64,000 nt of DNA. Origin: Antechinus flavipes (lineage: Eukaryota). The translations under genes were made by a program, and so were the position numbers. The stretch spans positions 427,924,001 through 427,988,000 of the forward strand of contig NC_067398.1 of the NCBI RefSeq assembly GCF_016432865.1. Reading direction: 5' to 3'. A model generated the notes under the pieces. That model had not been told where the DNA came from. It saw only the letters and a list, made by a program, of their open reading frames with translations, and did no database searches. This document shows, piece by piece, positions 36,500 to 50,199 of the stretch (its first letter is position 1; every line of letters begins with the position of its first letter).

Positions 36500-36900
36500 A
36501 TCAATCAGTAGACGATTTGTTGTTTTTCAGTCATTAAGTCAGGTCTGGCTCTTCATGATCCTATAGACCAAAGCATGTCAGGTGCTTCTATCTTCCACTA
36601 TCTTCCAAAATCTATTCAAGTTCATAACATGTTGGATACCTTACGATCTGAGAGGGTCATCTTCTGATGTCATAGAATTTTAATATTGTTCATGGAGGGG
36701 TTTTTTTTGTCAACAAAAATAATGAAGTATTTTTCTTTTTCTATTTCCTTCTCCAGTGGATCACTTTTTGTCAGAACTCTTCACTAAGACTTCTCTCTCT
36801 TAGTAATCCTACATAGCATAGCATAGCTCATAGTTTTATATAGCTACTCAAGTCTTTCCACCACAACAAAGCAGTAATCCAGACAACTAGCTCTTGGCAA
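36500..36900 (-). mobile_element. BovB/RTE-derived SINE-like element
   Basis: gttgtttttcagtca...ctcttcatgatcctatagaccaaagcatgtcagg...tatcttccactatct...ttccttctccagtggatcactttttgtcagaactcttcact...catagctcatagttt, BovB 3' and 5' motifs as recalled. Confidence 0.65.
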
Positions 36901-37806
36901 ATGTAAAATTGTGTTTACTAAGATGATAGCATAAGAAGTCAGTGAAAACATTCCCACTGAAAATCCGTGGTCCTAACCTACAAATGACCAAGGCCCATAG
37001 AAAGAGTAGGCTCAAATTTAGAGCACAACAAAGGTGGATCCCATATGTATAAGACATATGTGGCAATGGTTAACTCAAAACTCCCATAACTTCAGGGCCT
37101 AGAAGTTTCTGCAGCGAAGGCTGTTCAATTGAATTCCCAAGATTTGCTTTTTTCTTAGATCTATAGCTAATTATCCTCTCTATCAAAAGGGGTAATGATC
37201 CTTGAATCTGCCTTCTTTCTTGAGTTACTGTCTTTCTATATCTAGCCATGTCTGTCCTTAGTATGTGTCTCTGGTCCTAGCTTCTATCTCTCACTGGCCA
37301 GTAGCTCCAATAACATGGCGGCTAAGGGTATAAGAGTGAGGGACAAGGGGATCTGACTCCACAAGGCACTCTTGCATTTTGAATCTTCCTAATGCCGAAT
37401 GGGTTAATTGATTTCTTTAGCCAATGAAATTTCCTAGATGGTAGCAGTTTCATTCATACCATGGCCAAAGCCTTATAATTCTAATAAAATTATTATGGAG
37501 TAATGCATACATTGTGGTAGGAATACAAGGAAATTACTTTGTATCCTACTTAAGTCTTGACCTTCTGGGATTACATTAATCTGAGACAGAAGGCAACTCT
37601 CCCTTATATAAATTTGTATATAACAATATATATAACCAAATACATAGTAACTACTTCTTAGGCTGTGTAACTATTTAAATTTAGTACTGTTGAAAATTTG
37701 TTTAATTCAGGGTTCAGTGAGGATATAATGAAGTGTTTCTAATGGTATTTCCCAGATACTCCAAATACCCACCGATACACTCTGGTTTATTTTTAATACA
37801 ACTTTC

Positions 37807-37810
<4 letters not shown>

Positions 37811-37868
<58 letters not shown>
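37811..37868. repeat. (TA)n microsatellite, ~29 units
   Basis: Directly visible; source of the YIYIYI ORF 37733..38071. Confidence 0.98.
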
Positions 37869-37873
<5 letters not shown>

Positions 37874-39059
37874 CAAGGATATAAAAAGGAACTAGCCTTC
37901 CTAGAACTAGAAAGAGTTCTTCAACTATCCAAATCTATATCATTCTCAATCAATGCATCAGCTCTTTGTCAAGCTAAAACCCCTTCCTTTAAGGACTACA
38001 GTCTGTATTTCTGTGTCTCTTCTATTTTCTTTTTCCCCTTCAGCCACATCTGTACATTCCTCCCTAGGTAAACTGTGAAAAAGACAAAGTACTTCTTCTT
38101 GCCTCCCATCTATTCTTTTTTCTCTGCTATCTTCTTTGCCCTTACTCTTTTCCAGGATCATCATTCTCTTTTTCTGCATCAAATTTTCCTCATAGAGTCA
38201 TTCATACTGAAATGTCAGTGCCTTTAAAGGCTCACTCTGTTGGCCCTCTTAGTTAAGGATCAGTAAATCCACAGTTTTAAAAAAACAATTCTTAGCCCAA
38301 GGACCAGACAAAAACAGGTGGAAGGCCATGACACTTCATGCCAGGTTTGGTCAATGAGTCTTAGTCTGCTCACCTCCCCTGCCCCTTTTAGATCAGCATT
38401 GACAAATGAAGTTCACAAAGCAGTTGCCAGATGAAAAAGATTAGGAATCACAGATAGAAAGTAGTATTAGCTACATGCTATATGTAATTGATTACCAATT
38501 TAAGAGGGGGGAAGATACAGAAATTATTTGATTTCCCTATTACAGGACTGTAATAACAGATGATGAAGAATCATGTTAATAAAGTATCACACCCCCTAAT
38601 GATCATTTTTTTCTAGTTAAAACAAAAGGTTCAAATCCATTGGTTGGAATATTGACCAAACCTCTAGAGAAGGGGCGGGAAATGTCCAGCCCACAGGGCA
38701 CACAAACCTGGCAAAAAACCAAATCTTTTTGTCTGTCCCTGCCAGGGCAATCACAAGCGACCATGAGCTGAAAGCTAAGTACAACAACCTTTCACTGTTT
38801 GAGTTTTTATGTTAATAAGTATGTATAGTCCACAAATGATGTTATAAATATCCAAGTGATCCTTGGTAAGAAAAAAAAAAAAGATTCCATACCCACTTCA
38901 AATGGTCAAGCTTGCCTAAGAAATTTGAAAAGTTCAAAGCAATTGGAGTATTCCAGTTGACTGAAGCCAGTAATCAGAAAGAAAACCAGTCTCAGAGGGA
39001 ATTAATTTGGTCAGAGAAGGGACATTTCTCTCTTCTCCACATCCCATCCCTGTAGACCA

Positions 39060-39250
39060 TGCTGCTTTGTTTTCTTTTTTTGTCTTTTATTACACTCAAT
39101 ATTTCCCAATTATATGTAAAAAAAATTAACAATCTTTTTTTTTTTTTTTTTACAATTTTTGAGTTCTAAATTCTCTGTCTCTCTTATCCCTCCCCTTTCT
39201 TCAAGAAGACAAGCAATGTGATAATATATGTGAGGTCATGCAAAATATTA
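39060..39250 (-). mobile_element. L1 3' end fragment
   Basis: tatttcccaattatatgtaaa...ttttgagttctaaattctct...tccctcccc...aagcaatgtgat...tgaggtcatgcaaaatatt. Confidence 0.75.
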
Positions 39251-39690
39251 TTTGTTCATTTCATTTCAAAGAAGACTGATGTCTTGACTTGTGCATGAAT
39301 TGGATTTTAGTGAGGTAAAGTTGCCCAAAGCCATCAGTCTCTCTCTCTCTTCCAGAGTCATTGAAATTCACTTGCAAGACAAAAATCAGAATATCTGGCT
39401 ATAGCCTGAAGTACAGTGGATGACCTTGGCATTTTCAGTATTTGACCAATCCCTAAGCACTCCCCAGTGCTTGATTCATCAGCCTTCATGGCCATTGGAA
39501 CAAGTTATTCTTATCCACCCACAAGCATGGGGTGCATGGAGAAGTTTTCTCATACTTGAGGTAGACAACTCTCCCTAACTGACAGATTTGAGATCTATTG
39601 GTTACCCTTTAATCTGTTTTAGCTTGTTTGTTGAGTTGGTTTATCAGGATGTGGTTGATATACATTCAATAGTTAATTGGAACCACAGAT
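39250..39690 (-). mobile_element. RTE-mobilised SINE (WALLSI/RTESINE type)
   Basis: ttcaaagaagactgatgtcttgacttgtgcatgaattggattttagtgagg...ttccagagtcattg...gatgaccttggc. Confidence 0.7.
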
Positions 39691-39929
39691 AAGAGTTGAA
39701 TGAATTAGGTGGGTATCAAAGGTGGATGAGTAGTCCTGAAAGGACTTCACCAGAAATACTAGTCCTCCTTAAATATCCCATACATCTCCATGCAAAACAT
39801 ATTTTCATATTTATGTTGTATTTATATATATGTATATATATACACACATATATACACATATATATGTATATATATATTCGTAGTTATGTTATAGAAGAAA
39901 ATATAAATAAAATATTTTCTTTTGCAGCA

Positions 39930-40242
39930 TGATGCACTGAGATCTGAGCACTTAAGGCTAATTACCAATTGGACAATCCTCTATTAGTATATGCTTGAAG
40001 AAAGAATGGCCCTGCCCACTCTCTGTGCATGTTTGATCTGTTTGGGCATATAGAGAGATTGAGGCAGAATTTAGAAGGTGGAATGAGAAAGCCAGAGTCA
40101 CTCCTGGCCAGATTCGTGTTGTGACTCCTCTCACTTCATTTCACCATTCCATTCATGTCCACAAAGGATAAAGATCAAGGACTTTTGCTGATCCTGACTC
40201 TGGCTGATTCTAAAGTATCAGGGTGCTAACGTGGTCATCACA
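39930..40242 (+). mobile_element. Solo ERV LTR (dasyurid type)
   Basis: ctaattaccaattggacaat...gaatggccctgcccact...gataaagatcaaggacttttgctgatcctgactctggctgattctaa...ggtcatcaca; TG...CA ends. Confidence 0.7.
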
Positions 40243-42653
40243 ATCAAGGTGCTTTTGAATCAGGATGACTCCATCAACAGGAGATAATAAAACCAGAGCT
40301 GAATAGAAATATATTCTATTCAAACAGACACAGAAAAGCCAGAGGACCAGGACCCCTCATAGCAAAAAGAGAGTAGACTATGGACTTGACAGAGAATGCA
40401 TCTTAACTTGCAGGAGATACTCTAGAGAGTAAGATAAGGCTAGAAGGAAAGATCTCAGAAGAAGCCTAGTTTGAAGCATAGTCATAATCTAGTTGTCAAG
40501 ACCAGAGTTAGGGATGCTAACCAGGAAACTTCCAGGTAGTATTAAGTAAAAAGAAAGTTAAGGAGTCAGAAATCAGACAAATATCCAGGACTAAAACAAC
40601 ACAGAACCAGAAGCAACCTTGAAAATGAGGCAACTCCTCAGATAGGAAGCCTATTATTCATTTCCTGCTGGTTCTGGAACCCAGTCCCAGTAATTGCTCA
40701 GCCCAGGATCACCCAATTTAGGGACATTATAAGTGAATTAACATGACTTGGATAGAAAAAATGGGAGATGGGACCAAAGTAACACTCATCATTATTCATT
40801 CCTCTAAGAGATCACATTTTCCATCAGGATAAACTTCTTCTAAATCAACAATGACAAATGAAAGGCAAAGCGCATCTTATACTAATGACCTCAAAGGGTT
40901 GGTTGTATTCAGTCACCTTCTAGACATGAACTGCAGGAAGAATCTGAAAAATACTTCACTTTTAAAAATAACAGGAAGGTTCTAAGTTAACACAGTGTAT
41001 TCAGTAAAGTCAGCTATAAACTACCACAAAGGCTCTGTTGTCCTATATTCAGTGGAGCCAAGGAAATCTTAATTGTGACAAATCCAACCAAAATATCCTC
41101 TAAATATTTGTTGTTCTATTTTCATTTGATTTATGGAGGGTTTTACTCCAAAGGCTGAGTTACATTTCATTTTGCAATCTTTATTGTCAGTCAGATTGTA
41201 ACAAAATGAAGATGAGAGGGGGAAAGGGCTCTAACACATATTTAGCTTTGACAGATCATTTCCATCACTACCATTATCAGAAGAAAGAAACCATAACCCA
41301 CTCCTACTTAAGAGTAGCTGGGAACAAGAGCTACCTCTCTATGGGTCTCTCAGTTTGTGTGTATGTCTGTCTGTCTGTCTTACCTGGTAGCCATCCTGGG
41401 AATTACATTCAAAACTAAAAATCAGTCTCAAAATGTTGGCTCTGAGAAGCAATGTAGAACATTGTACAACATAATATACAACAAGGAACTCTCATCTTGG
41501 AACCCCCCCAAAAAAAACCCAAAGTAGCAAGTATTAGTAAATGTTTATTGAGTAAAAGTCCTCTTACCAAGAAAGAAGATGTTTTCTTCTTGTGGGACCC
41601 TAAATTAACCATATCATTTTTCATTACTATCCCAGAACATATCCCTTTTTCTGTCAACATCCCAGTAACTCAATCTCAAAAAATCTTTGAGTCTGTTCCT
41701 TTGCTCTGTACCCACTTAATGCCTCTTCTCATACCTAATCAGGTACTACGACCTATCATATCATCCTTCATTGTGTATTTTTAAGTCAAGCAGTATTGGC
41801 ACATACCTCTAGTCTTTGTGACTATTTTATTGGGGACTTTACTATGAAAGCTGAGTTACAATTCATTAGGTAGTTTTCATTGTCAGATAGAGTCAGATTA
41901 TCTTGTGTACTTTGGAAACTGAGGTTGGTGAATATCTTGAGTTCATGATTTCAAATAGACCTAAAACCAATCACTTACCTACAAGAAGTCTGATACAAAT
42001 GTAGCTAGCCCTGTAATAGAGGAAAAGCAGAAAGGAAGGATGGAATTGGAGACAAGAATACATTAGACAAAGAAGCAAACCAATCTACCATAGAAAAATA
42101 GAACAGGCTCAATACTGCACTTCCATCCTGGGCAAGGTAGGGAAACAATCTCAAAAAAGAGAAATTAATGATGTATTTTAATCATAGTGTAACATACCTT
42201 TAAAATCAGTCCACTTTTCTTCACAAGAAAGCATAAAATAGCCAAGGATTTAAAAAGCGCTCTCTAGTTGGGATAGGATAGGTTGCATCCCAAATACTGA
42301 ATGTCAAGGTAGAATACTCAAAAAGATAGTGCTTTTAGCAGGTTTTCTTTCTTAAAAAGATAGAAAAAAGCAAGGGGAAGCCACTAGGGAACTTGACAGA
42401 AAGGTATGGGATTCATTCTTCCCAGTGTCAGACGCAACAATAGTTTTGGTAATTGACATTTTTGGAGGAGTAGGAGGAAGGCATCTCCTCTATTTCCTTA
42501 CACTGAAAAAGCAAATTAAAGAGGCATGGAGACTGCAATCTGATGAGAATTTCAAACATACAGGCAAATTGCTAAATGCCAGATGAGGAGGAAATTCTGT
42601 AATGCTCCAAAACAGAACTTTAAACTGAATTTGTTTTCTCCTAGAAGAGTATG

Positions 42654-42676
42654 CTATTTATAAGTTAGGGTGTGGC
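42654..42676 (-). promoter_or_regulatory. Candidate TATA/MEF2 site with adjacent CACCC box
   Basis: ctatttataa (fits YTAWWWWTAR; reads TATAAATAG on minus) at 42654-42663; agggtgtgg (= ccacaccct) at 42667-42675. Confidence 0.3.
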
Positions 42677-42859
42677 TGAAAGTGTGAGGATGGGCCTTGA
42701 GCTATTGCTAAACTTCTCTCCTGTCCATATGCAAAAGAAGGGAGAGGAAAGAAGGAGGGCTCAGGAAGGAAAATCCCACCCGTAAGCAGACTCAGGAGGA
42801 AAGTTTTATGAGAGGATTTTGACAAAAAAGCAGGTACTAAATAAACTCAGTAGGTATAA

Positions 42860-43950
42860 TATTTGTGGAATCAAGCCCTTTCCCACCGGAACCTTGGACT
42901 TTGCTCTTGGAACCACCTGGTAGGGTGAGATTCTGCTGTCTCTTGTCTGGAACCAAGCCTCCATGGAACCATAACCTTCCTGGTTGGTTATTTCCAAATC
43001 ATGTTGCTATGCCTACCAACATCCTACCCTTTTAAGTTCCAACTTTATGTATACTTTTCCCCCACTTCTGTCAACTAGACCAAAACCAGCCTCTAAACTA
43101 TGGGTAGTCAGAGCTAAACAAAGCAGGCTAGAAACAGGAGAGTCAAGAATCAAACAGAAGTTTAATTTCCAAATGAAATAAATGGCTTGCAAACAAGGAC
43201 ATATGTGCTAGAGCCCCGTCCTTATAGGGAGGGATTCCCATTAGTGTAAGGAGATTTTAATATTTATGCCAATGGCTGCTTAGTGAGCATTAGCCCTGAC
43301 AGTGACAATGTGACAAGTTTGATTCTTAGCAGGACTTCATGACCAGAAACCATTCTGGGATTTTGCTATGACTAAGATCATCTCGAAGGTGAGAGTAAAG
43401 GAAAGGTATAATGGCAAGCACAGCTTGCTTGCTCAGCCATAGCTTTGGAAAACAGGGTGTTTCCTGATATTTTAACATTTCCTCTTTTTGATCAAAAGGA
43501 GAGGGTCTGAAAGAACCAAGATGCTTCAAGAGGTCACTGAGGTCAGAACAAGATATTGTGCAGGGACTTAGTTCCTTGCAGGAATCTATTGGGGAAGTAT
43601 GTCCCAGGAAACACTGCTAGCAAGCAGAAAAGGGGAGAAAGGACCAAAAATGTAGGGGGAGAAAATACCAACACATGTATGAATCCAAGCCTTGGTGGTT
43701 GGGCAAATAACAAAAGGGAGGAAGAGAAAAAACCAGGAGAGTACATTCAGCTCTCATCCAGAATTTTGGGATAACTTTCTCATCTGGATATTGATTAACT
43801 TTAAAGTTCATGGAGGCTTTTGCATCCACTCAAGAGTAGGAGCTTTCTTCAGGTAATCCAAGAATGCACACCCACAAGTTTGGAGCTTTGGGAGTAGTTA
43901 GAATGACCTGGTAGAGAACCTTAAAAGATAGATGGGCTAATAATTGTGAG
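42860..43950. mobile_element. Probable degraded ERV/LTR-derived sequence
   Basis: GC-richer block of non-SINE/LINE character with several short ORFs on both strands and no recognisable gag/pol motif. Inference only. Confidence 0.25.
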
Positions 43951-46149
43951 AAAACTGCTTGCATCCTTAGATCTGAAATTCTGGTCAGTATAACATAGGT
44001 CTCTAGTTAAGAGTCTTTAAACAATGCATAGAGATAATTCCATTTCCTGGCTGCACAGGGCTAGTTTCAAATAATGCAATACAGGTTTTCTCACAATTAC
44101 AGTAAATCAAGCACATATCAAACTACTTAGAGAGCCTGCAATAGATTAGTTTTGAGAAGGGAAATTTATATGTCACCAAAGTAATAAAGAAAATTTAAAT
44201 ATAATTATTTCAAAATTTAAAAAACCAAAGCAATACAATGTTTATCCCCATTATTAACATTATTAAAATTAACAAAAATGAAGCCTCCTTGTATCCTAGC
44301 AACACATTCTCAATGTCCATTTAACTAGCACATTTTGAATACCAGAGGTCTCATGTAGTTATCTGGTCCCTAGATATCTTTTCTTGGATTATGTGCTTAT
44401 TCTCAGGATGGTTCTAAGAGGACTCTACTTCTCTGGTTTCAAATCTAGAAGTTCCTAGATAATTCTGCTAGTAAATTCATTTAGTAAATTTAGTTCTTCA
44501 ATCTTAAAACTTCAGAGAATTTCAGTTCATGAACCATTTGCCATTTCTATCCTTACCCAAATTCTATGCCTGATATAAGAATCTTTAAAAAATTTATGAA
44601 GATCCAACTGCAAAATGAGCTTTTCTGTCTTTTAAAATTATTAGACACAAAGTTTAATGGGAATATAATTTCACTTTCTTCACCAATACAATTTATGTGT
44701 AAAATCCTTAATCCAATTATGAGGACTTATTACTAAAACACATTGAAAGCCCAAATATTAATGATAGAAAAATTTGGATGTCAATCATAAAGTTTTTAGA
44801 GAGAAAACAAGCTAACCCTGTTTTCGCAAATCTTTTATCCCATTCATTTAGAAAACTTTTACATTACAAATTTGTCATATTATTTTATTCATCTCCTTGA
44901 GGATAAAAACTTTCTGGTTTCTTGCATTTATATTTCTAGGGTTTAGGCTGTAGACCTTATTAAAAACTTAATAAACTTTATCATTTATTCAATGAATTAA
45001 CAGATATATATGGGAATTGTGAATCATATAAGTAACCATATCTATCAACTCAAACATTTCATTGCTTCTAACTTTACAGGGAAGCTAAATGAAATGAAAG
45101 TATCAATTTTACATACTCAGGAAATTAAACCAGCTTAAAACAAAAACTTCCATGAGTGTATCAGCCAGGAATAGAGATGTGAGAAGAGCTTTCACCAAGT
45201 CAAGAATATATGGCTCTAAATCCTGATTCCCATACTTAGTAGTGTGACCTTAGGCAAATAAGACAACTTCTTTGATCTTCACTTTTTCCTCTGTATGTAC
45301 AATAAGAGGTTATCATTTCTGTGACATAAAAAACTGTAGAGACATAGTTTCTAGATAACTAACCATTTTATTAATTATGCTAATGAGTAACCAATAAAAG
45401 GATGGTCATGTGGCAGACTCTCCTAAACTAAAGACCTCTCATGGAACTCACTCTAGAAAAAATGGGTGTTCCTAAAGGTTTCTACCTTCCTAAAGATTTC
45501 TATCAATTCTGATTAGTTGAAAAGTAATGAAGAATGAATATTATAATAAGAGGTAGACTATTTTAATGAGTGACTAGGGGACTGATTATGTCACTGTTAC
45601 TCCCAGACCACTGCCAGTCTTGGGCAATACCCCTATCCAAGCCTGAAAAGAGCAGCTTGGGTGGGGTGTGAACAATATTGGGGAAAACATTAATACAATC
45701 TCATTATCAGCAGTGTCCTTCAGATGCTGGCTTGACATAGTAGAGAATGAAGAAATAGGAAGGGGAAAAAAAACCCTGGATTTTCCCAATAATTGGTTAT
45801 TTAATAATCATTTCTCTTACCCAAAAGAGCCATTCTGGCTCTAAAACTCTGTTTCTATGATGCCTGAAAAGATATATAGGGTTAAGGAAAAATCTCAGGA
45901 GACAGACATGAAAAACAAGCATTTATGAAGTGCCTAATATTTGCCCGTAACTGTGTGCTAAGTGCTTTACCAATATTATCTCATTTGACTTTCACAATAA
46001 ATCTGAGAAATAAATGCTGTCATTATTCCCATTTTATAGTTGAAGAAACTGAGGCACAAGGTTCACACAGCTAGTGCCTGAGATGACATGGGAACTCAAA
46101 TGTTCTTGATTCATGTCCAACCCTATGTTCTTCTGCTCATATGAAAGAA

Positions 46150-46543
46150 AACTGACTCAGCATCCCAGAAGTGGGCATCCTAGAGGGAAGTGTGAGGAGT
46201 GTGACCTGTCTTTAACCAATCATTCACTGAGCACATAGCATCATCCATGGCTCACTATCCCTTTTCTGGCTTTCGGTAAGTGAAAAACAAAACAAAGAAA
46301 ATCCAAGTTTTTTTCAACCCCTTACTATAACTGTCCCGGGTGCTCAGACTGCCGAGAATTCTAACACAAGGGAAAGGGCCTGAGACTGTTTGTAATTAAG
46401 CTCTCCCAAGCTTGTTCAAGAAAGACAGTGTTAGCTTTTTTCAAAGCCCAGGGTGGGAGAAACCTGCTGAGCTGGTGGTAGTCGAAGAGAACACATTGTG
46501 TGCTTTGGCAGAAGAGCTTTCAGTCTTTGGGGACCTGGTGAGT
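46150..46543 (+). promoter_or_regulatory. Candidate promoter and first exon(s) of a plus-strand transcript
   Basis: TGACTCAGCA at 46153-46162, GGAAGT at about 46190, CCAAT at about 46216, TATA-like tactataac at about 46323; consensus donors CG|gtaagt (46276) and CTG|gtgagt (46538). Confidence 0.4.
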
Positions 46544-46923
46544 TTTTTCCTCTAACAGGAATGTCCATCTATTCAAACCGAACTCTGTGGGAATACCAGA
46601 AATATAAAAAACAATAGCAACAACCAAAAAAAAAAATAGTACTTCCATTTAAAGTCCTGTAGAGAATTTTCTCCAAACTCCAAACTAAAGGCATTAGAAA
46701 CATACTCAACTTTCCTTTGACCTTCAAATAGAAAGGAAAAGAAAGAAACAGAAACCTCTGCATTCTTTCTGACTCATGATGTGAGCAGGGGTCTTCAGGA
46801 AGAGACTGGGAAAGTGATAAACAAGAGAACCAAGTGACAGGATTAATGGCAAATTGAATGAATGATTAAATTCACCCAGATAATCCAGGAAAGCAGTTTT
46901 TCAGACTAATATTAAAAACTGGC

Positions 46924-47861
46924 TGACAGGGTTAACTTAAGGTGAATTAGGTCGAAAGTCCTAACAACCATTTTCTGCAACCTCTCAGATCACCCTCCTC
47001 TAGGACTATCCCTTCCCACTACTGTCTCTTTAGTCCTATTCCCTCCCTTCTAAGGAAATAAGTTGATAACTCATTCCTCAATATGGAATCTAGATGACTT
47101 ATAAAATTTAAAGCCCCATTATCTTTACAAAAAATACTAGGGGGAGAGACTTTGGGTACCCAACTCACACAAAAGCTAATTTCCCAAAGTAACTAAAAAT
47201 ACCCCTAGCACACAACTTTTGGCAGACCAAGACTGATGAGGTCCTAAGTAACTAGATACAATTGGCAGAGGACTGAAGTATTAATGGAATTGTACCCTGA
47301 AGCAAGCAGAAAAGGGTACTGATAGAAATCAGTTTAGTCTCATAGACCCACCCTCTTTGTAGGTCATGATTAGTCCCATCTTGTGATGTCTGGTCAGAAA
47401 TCCAAGTTATGTCAAACCCCTGAGTTTAAATACTCCCTATAAATCTGTCCATGGCTCACTCCATCCTTTGGATTATAACCTACCTTAATACTCTGCCACA
47501 TGGTATCTCTCCTCTCATCCCTCTCTTTCTCCTTTCTATACTCAACTAATGTTTTTAGGGTTCAAAATCTCTTTTAGGATTTAATCTGTCAACTAAGGGC
47601 TTACTCCGGTCTTGTGGGACATTGTTCCATTTCTCCTAGTTCATTGTGAGTTCCATTAGGGAACTTGTCTTTTCCATTATTAATTGTTAAAAACCTTTTC
47701 CTTGCTAACTATATGCTCTCCCATCTCTATTTCATATTTACCATTCTTGGTATCTATGGTTTCTCTTCATTTTATTCTGTAAGCTCTTCTCCTAAATAAA
47801 AATATCTTTTGTCAAAGAGAATAGCCATTTTTCACATGACCAAACCCCAACATTTGGTGCC
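46924..47861 (+). mobile_element. ERV LTR followed by primer-binding-site remnant
   Basis: TATAAA at 47438-47443, AATAAA at 47795-47800, end ccccaaCA at 47852, then tt-TGGTGCC at 47855-47861. The 5' boundary is uncertain. Confidence 0.6.
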
Positions 47862-49574
47862 TACATCAATCTTGTCATCTGGAACTAGAAATTGCTCTCC
47901 TAGATCACATCAACATTAATACAAAATTAAGGAGCAGAAACATTGTTTTCAACTTCAACCTCAATGTTTTATAATTCATTTACTTCCTCAGTAAAGCCTA
48001 TTCTCTACCCCTTTTTTATAGCCTTCTGGAGATTTCCAACCATGCATACATTAGTATAAATATGTTCTAGTAATAGATCTAGTACTCATTAATAGGAATG
48101 AATACCAGGTTATAGTTCTTAAAACCATATGTAAATGACATCTCAGCTAGTCGTAGAATAAGGATTAGAACTTGTTAAAGAAATTCAAGATTTCAGTGAG
48201 CACATGAGGGGAAGAGGAAAACCTTCTGGAAACCCTAAAAATCACATTGCATCTCTTCAAAATGCTTAACCACTGATATTGATAAAGAACAGACTCCTCA
48301 AGGCAGAATGACCTATGTATATTCAAGTCCCCTCCATCCCCTACAAGAGATGCAACCTTAGGCAAGTTATTTATACTCTCAACATTCCAGGAAAAAGCTA
48401 TAAATAGCCCAAATGAGATTAAAATATAATTGAGAAATGTTTCACAAAATAAATCAAAATAAAGCACACCATAATGCTAATTTGTGGGTTTTCTGACTCA
48501 ACATGCCACAGGCAGGAATCTTTTTCTATTTGTTTTTTACATCACTGCTCTACGAGTAAATTACAGAGAAAGTGAATGCAAACATATATTTAAAGGAAGT
48601 TTCCTCACCTGGGAGTTTCCTATGCCAATGAAATCACAGATGCATCCCTATGCCTTTGTTATGAAATACTTTCCGGAAAATACTTATAAAAAATCCCAAA
48701 AGGAAAATAATAAAATAATAGAGATTAAAAAGCTTTACATATTTAAGGCTTACAGTAACCCTAAGGTGACTATTATAATCCTCTATCATTTTGTAGAAGA
48801 GGAAACTAGGATTTAGTGAGTTTAAATGATGTGCCCCAAATCCCACAGACATTAAAAAGCATAACCAGAAATCAAAACTAAGTTTTTCTGATTAAAAGTC
48901 CTTCTTGGTTCCCACTATTCCATTCTGCTAGAATCACTAAAAGGTATCAGGCCAGGGCCTCGGTCCAGTTTTCCATGTTTCCCCTAAAAGTACAAACCAG
49001 AGGCATACAGGGCTATAGTTGCTATAAATATAGTACTATAAATCCTAGAACAGAAATATGAAAAAGGGGCATGGAGGCATGAATAGGCTTGATCTGAACT
49101 GGAGAACTGGGAAAGGGCTTAACAGGTAGAAAGAATTCTCTGATGTTATAGATAGGAAGTTTTTTTAGCTCTCTTCTAATTCCATTGTGTTCTTTCCTCT
49201 GTTGTATTATTTATTCTGTATATAGATTATTTGTATATAGCATTTGAATGTTGTCTTCCCCATTAGATTGTGAGTTCTTAGGACAATGACTATTTTGTTG
49301 CTTGGTAGCACACAATAGACAATTAATAAATACTTATCTACTGATAGATTGATTTCTTACAATTCTAAGATTTTAATTACATTTATTTGCATAAAATTAT
49401 TATTTGCCTAATTACCATGTTGTATAATCAATAACTATTATTAATATTTTCATAGTTTAATTTGATTATGCCACAAAACTCTGCTCCTAATGTTTTTAGT
49501 CTTCGTAATTTGGAGCATAAAATGGGATAGTCATCTGCTCTGATCTTCAGCTCAGTTTTTAAAAATAAGAGAAA

Positions 49575-49700
49575 ACAGGGAACGATCAGGTAGTACAGTG
49601 AATAGAGTACCAGCCCTGGAGTCAGGAGGACCTGAGTTCAAATTTGACCTCAGAACTTGCAATTTACTAGCTGTGTGATCCTGGACAAGTCCTATAATTT
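49575..49700 (+). mobile_element. WSINE1-type CORE-SINE
   Basis: caggtagtacagtgaatagagtaccagccctggagtcaggaggacctgagttcaaatttgacctcaga...ctagctgtgtgatcctggacaagtc. Explains ORF 49552..49776. Confidence 0.85.
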
Positions 49701-50199
49701 CTCTTTTATTGACTATCTGCCTGATTTGGATCTTGAGGAAAGGGAGCTGATCTCTATTCTTTCCCCTACCACACACACCAGAAAAAAATAGAACACAAAA
49801 TATTTTAGGCTATGAGTCTTAAAATTTCAAAAGATGTAAAAAATAATTAAAGTGTCAATTCTGGGAGGCAACTCAATGTAGTGGATAAAGAGAAAACCTC
49901 TAAAGATTCCTCGACAAACAATCGCTGTTTGACTCTGGACAAGCCATTTAATTTCCAGTTGCTCCTAGGTGATCTCTAAAATTATAGACTATTTGTATTA
50001 GTGGAGGATTTCCTTCATCAGGACTTCTTAACCAGGGGACCATGGATAGGGTTCAGAAAGTGCCTAAACTTGAATAGGAAAAAACCACCTTTTTCACTTA
50101 CATTTAAGGAATTGAGCATCTTTTGATTAAGATTTTTTTTACTCTAAGAAGCTGCCCGAGGCTTCATCAGATCCACAAAGGGATCCATGACAATCCCTG

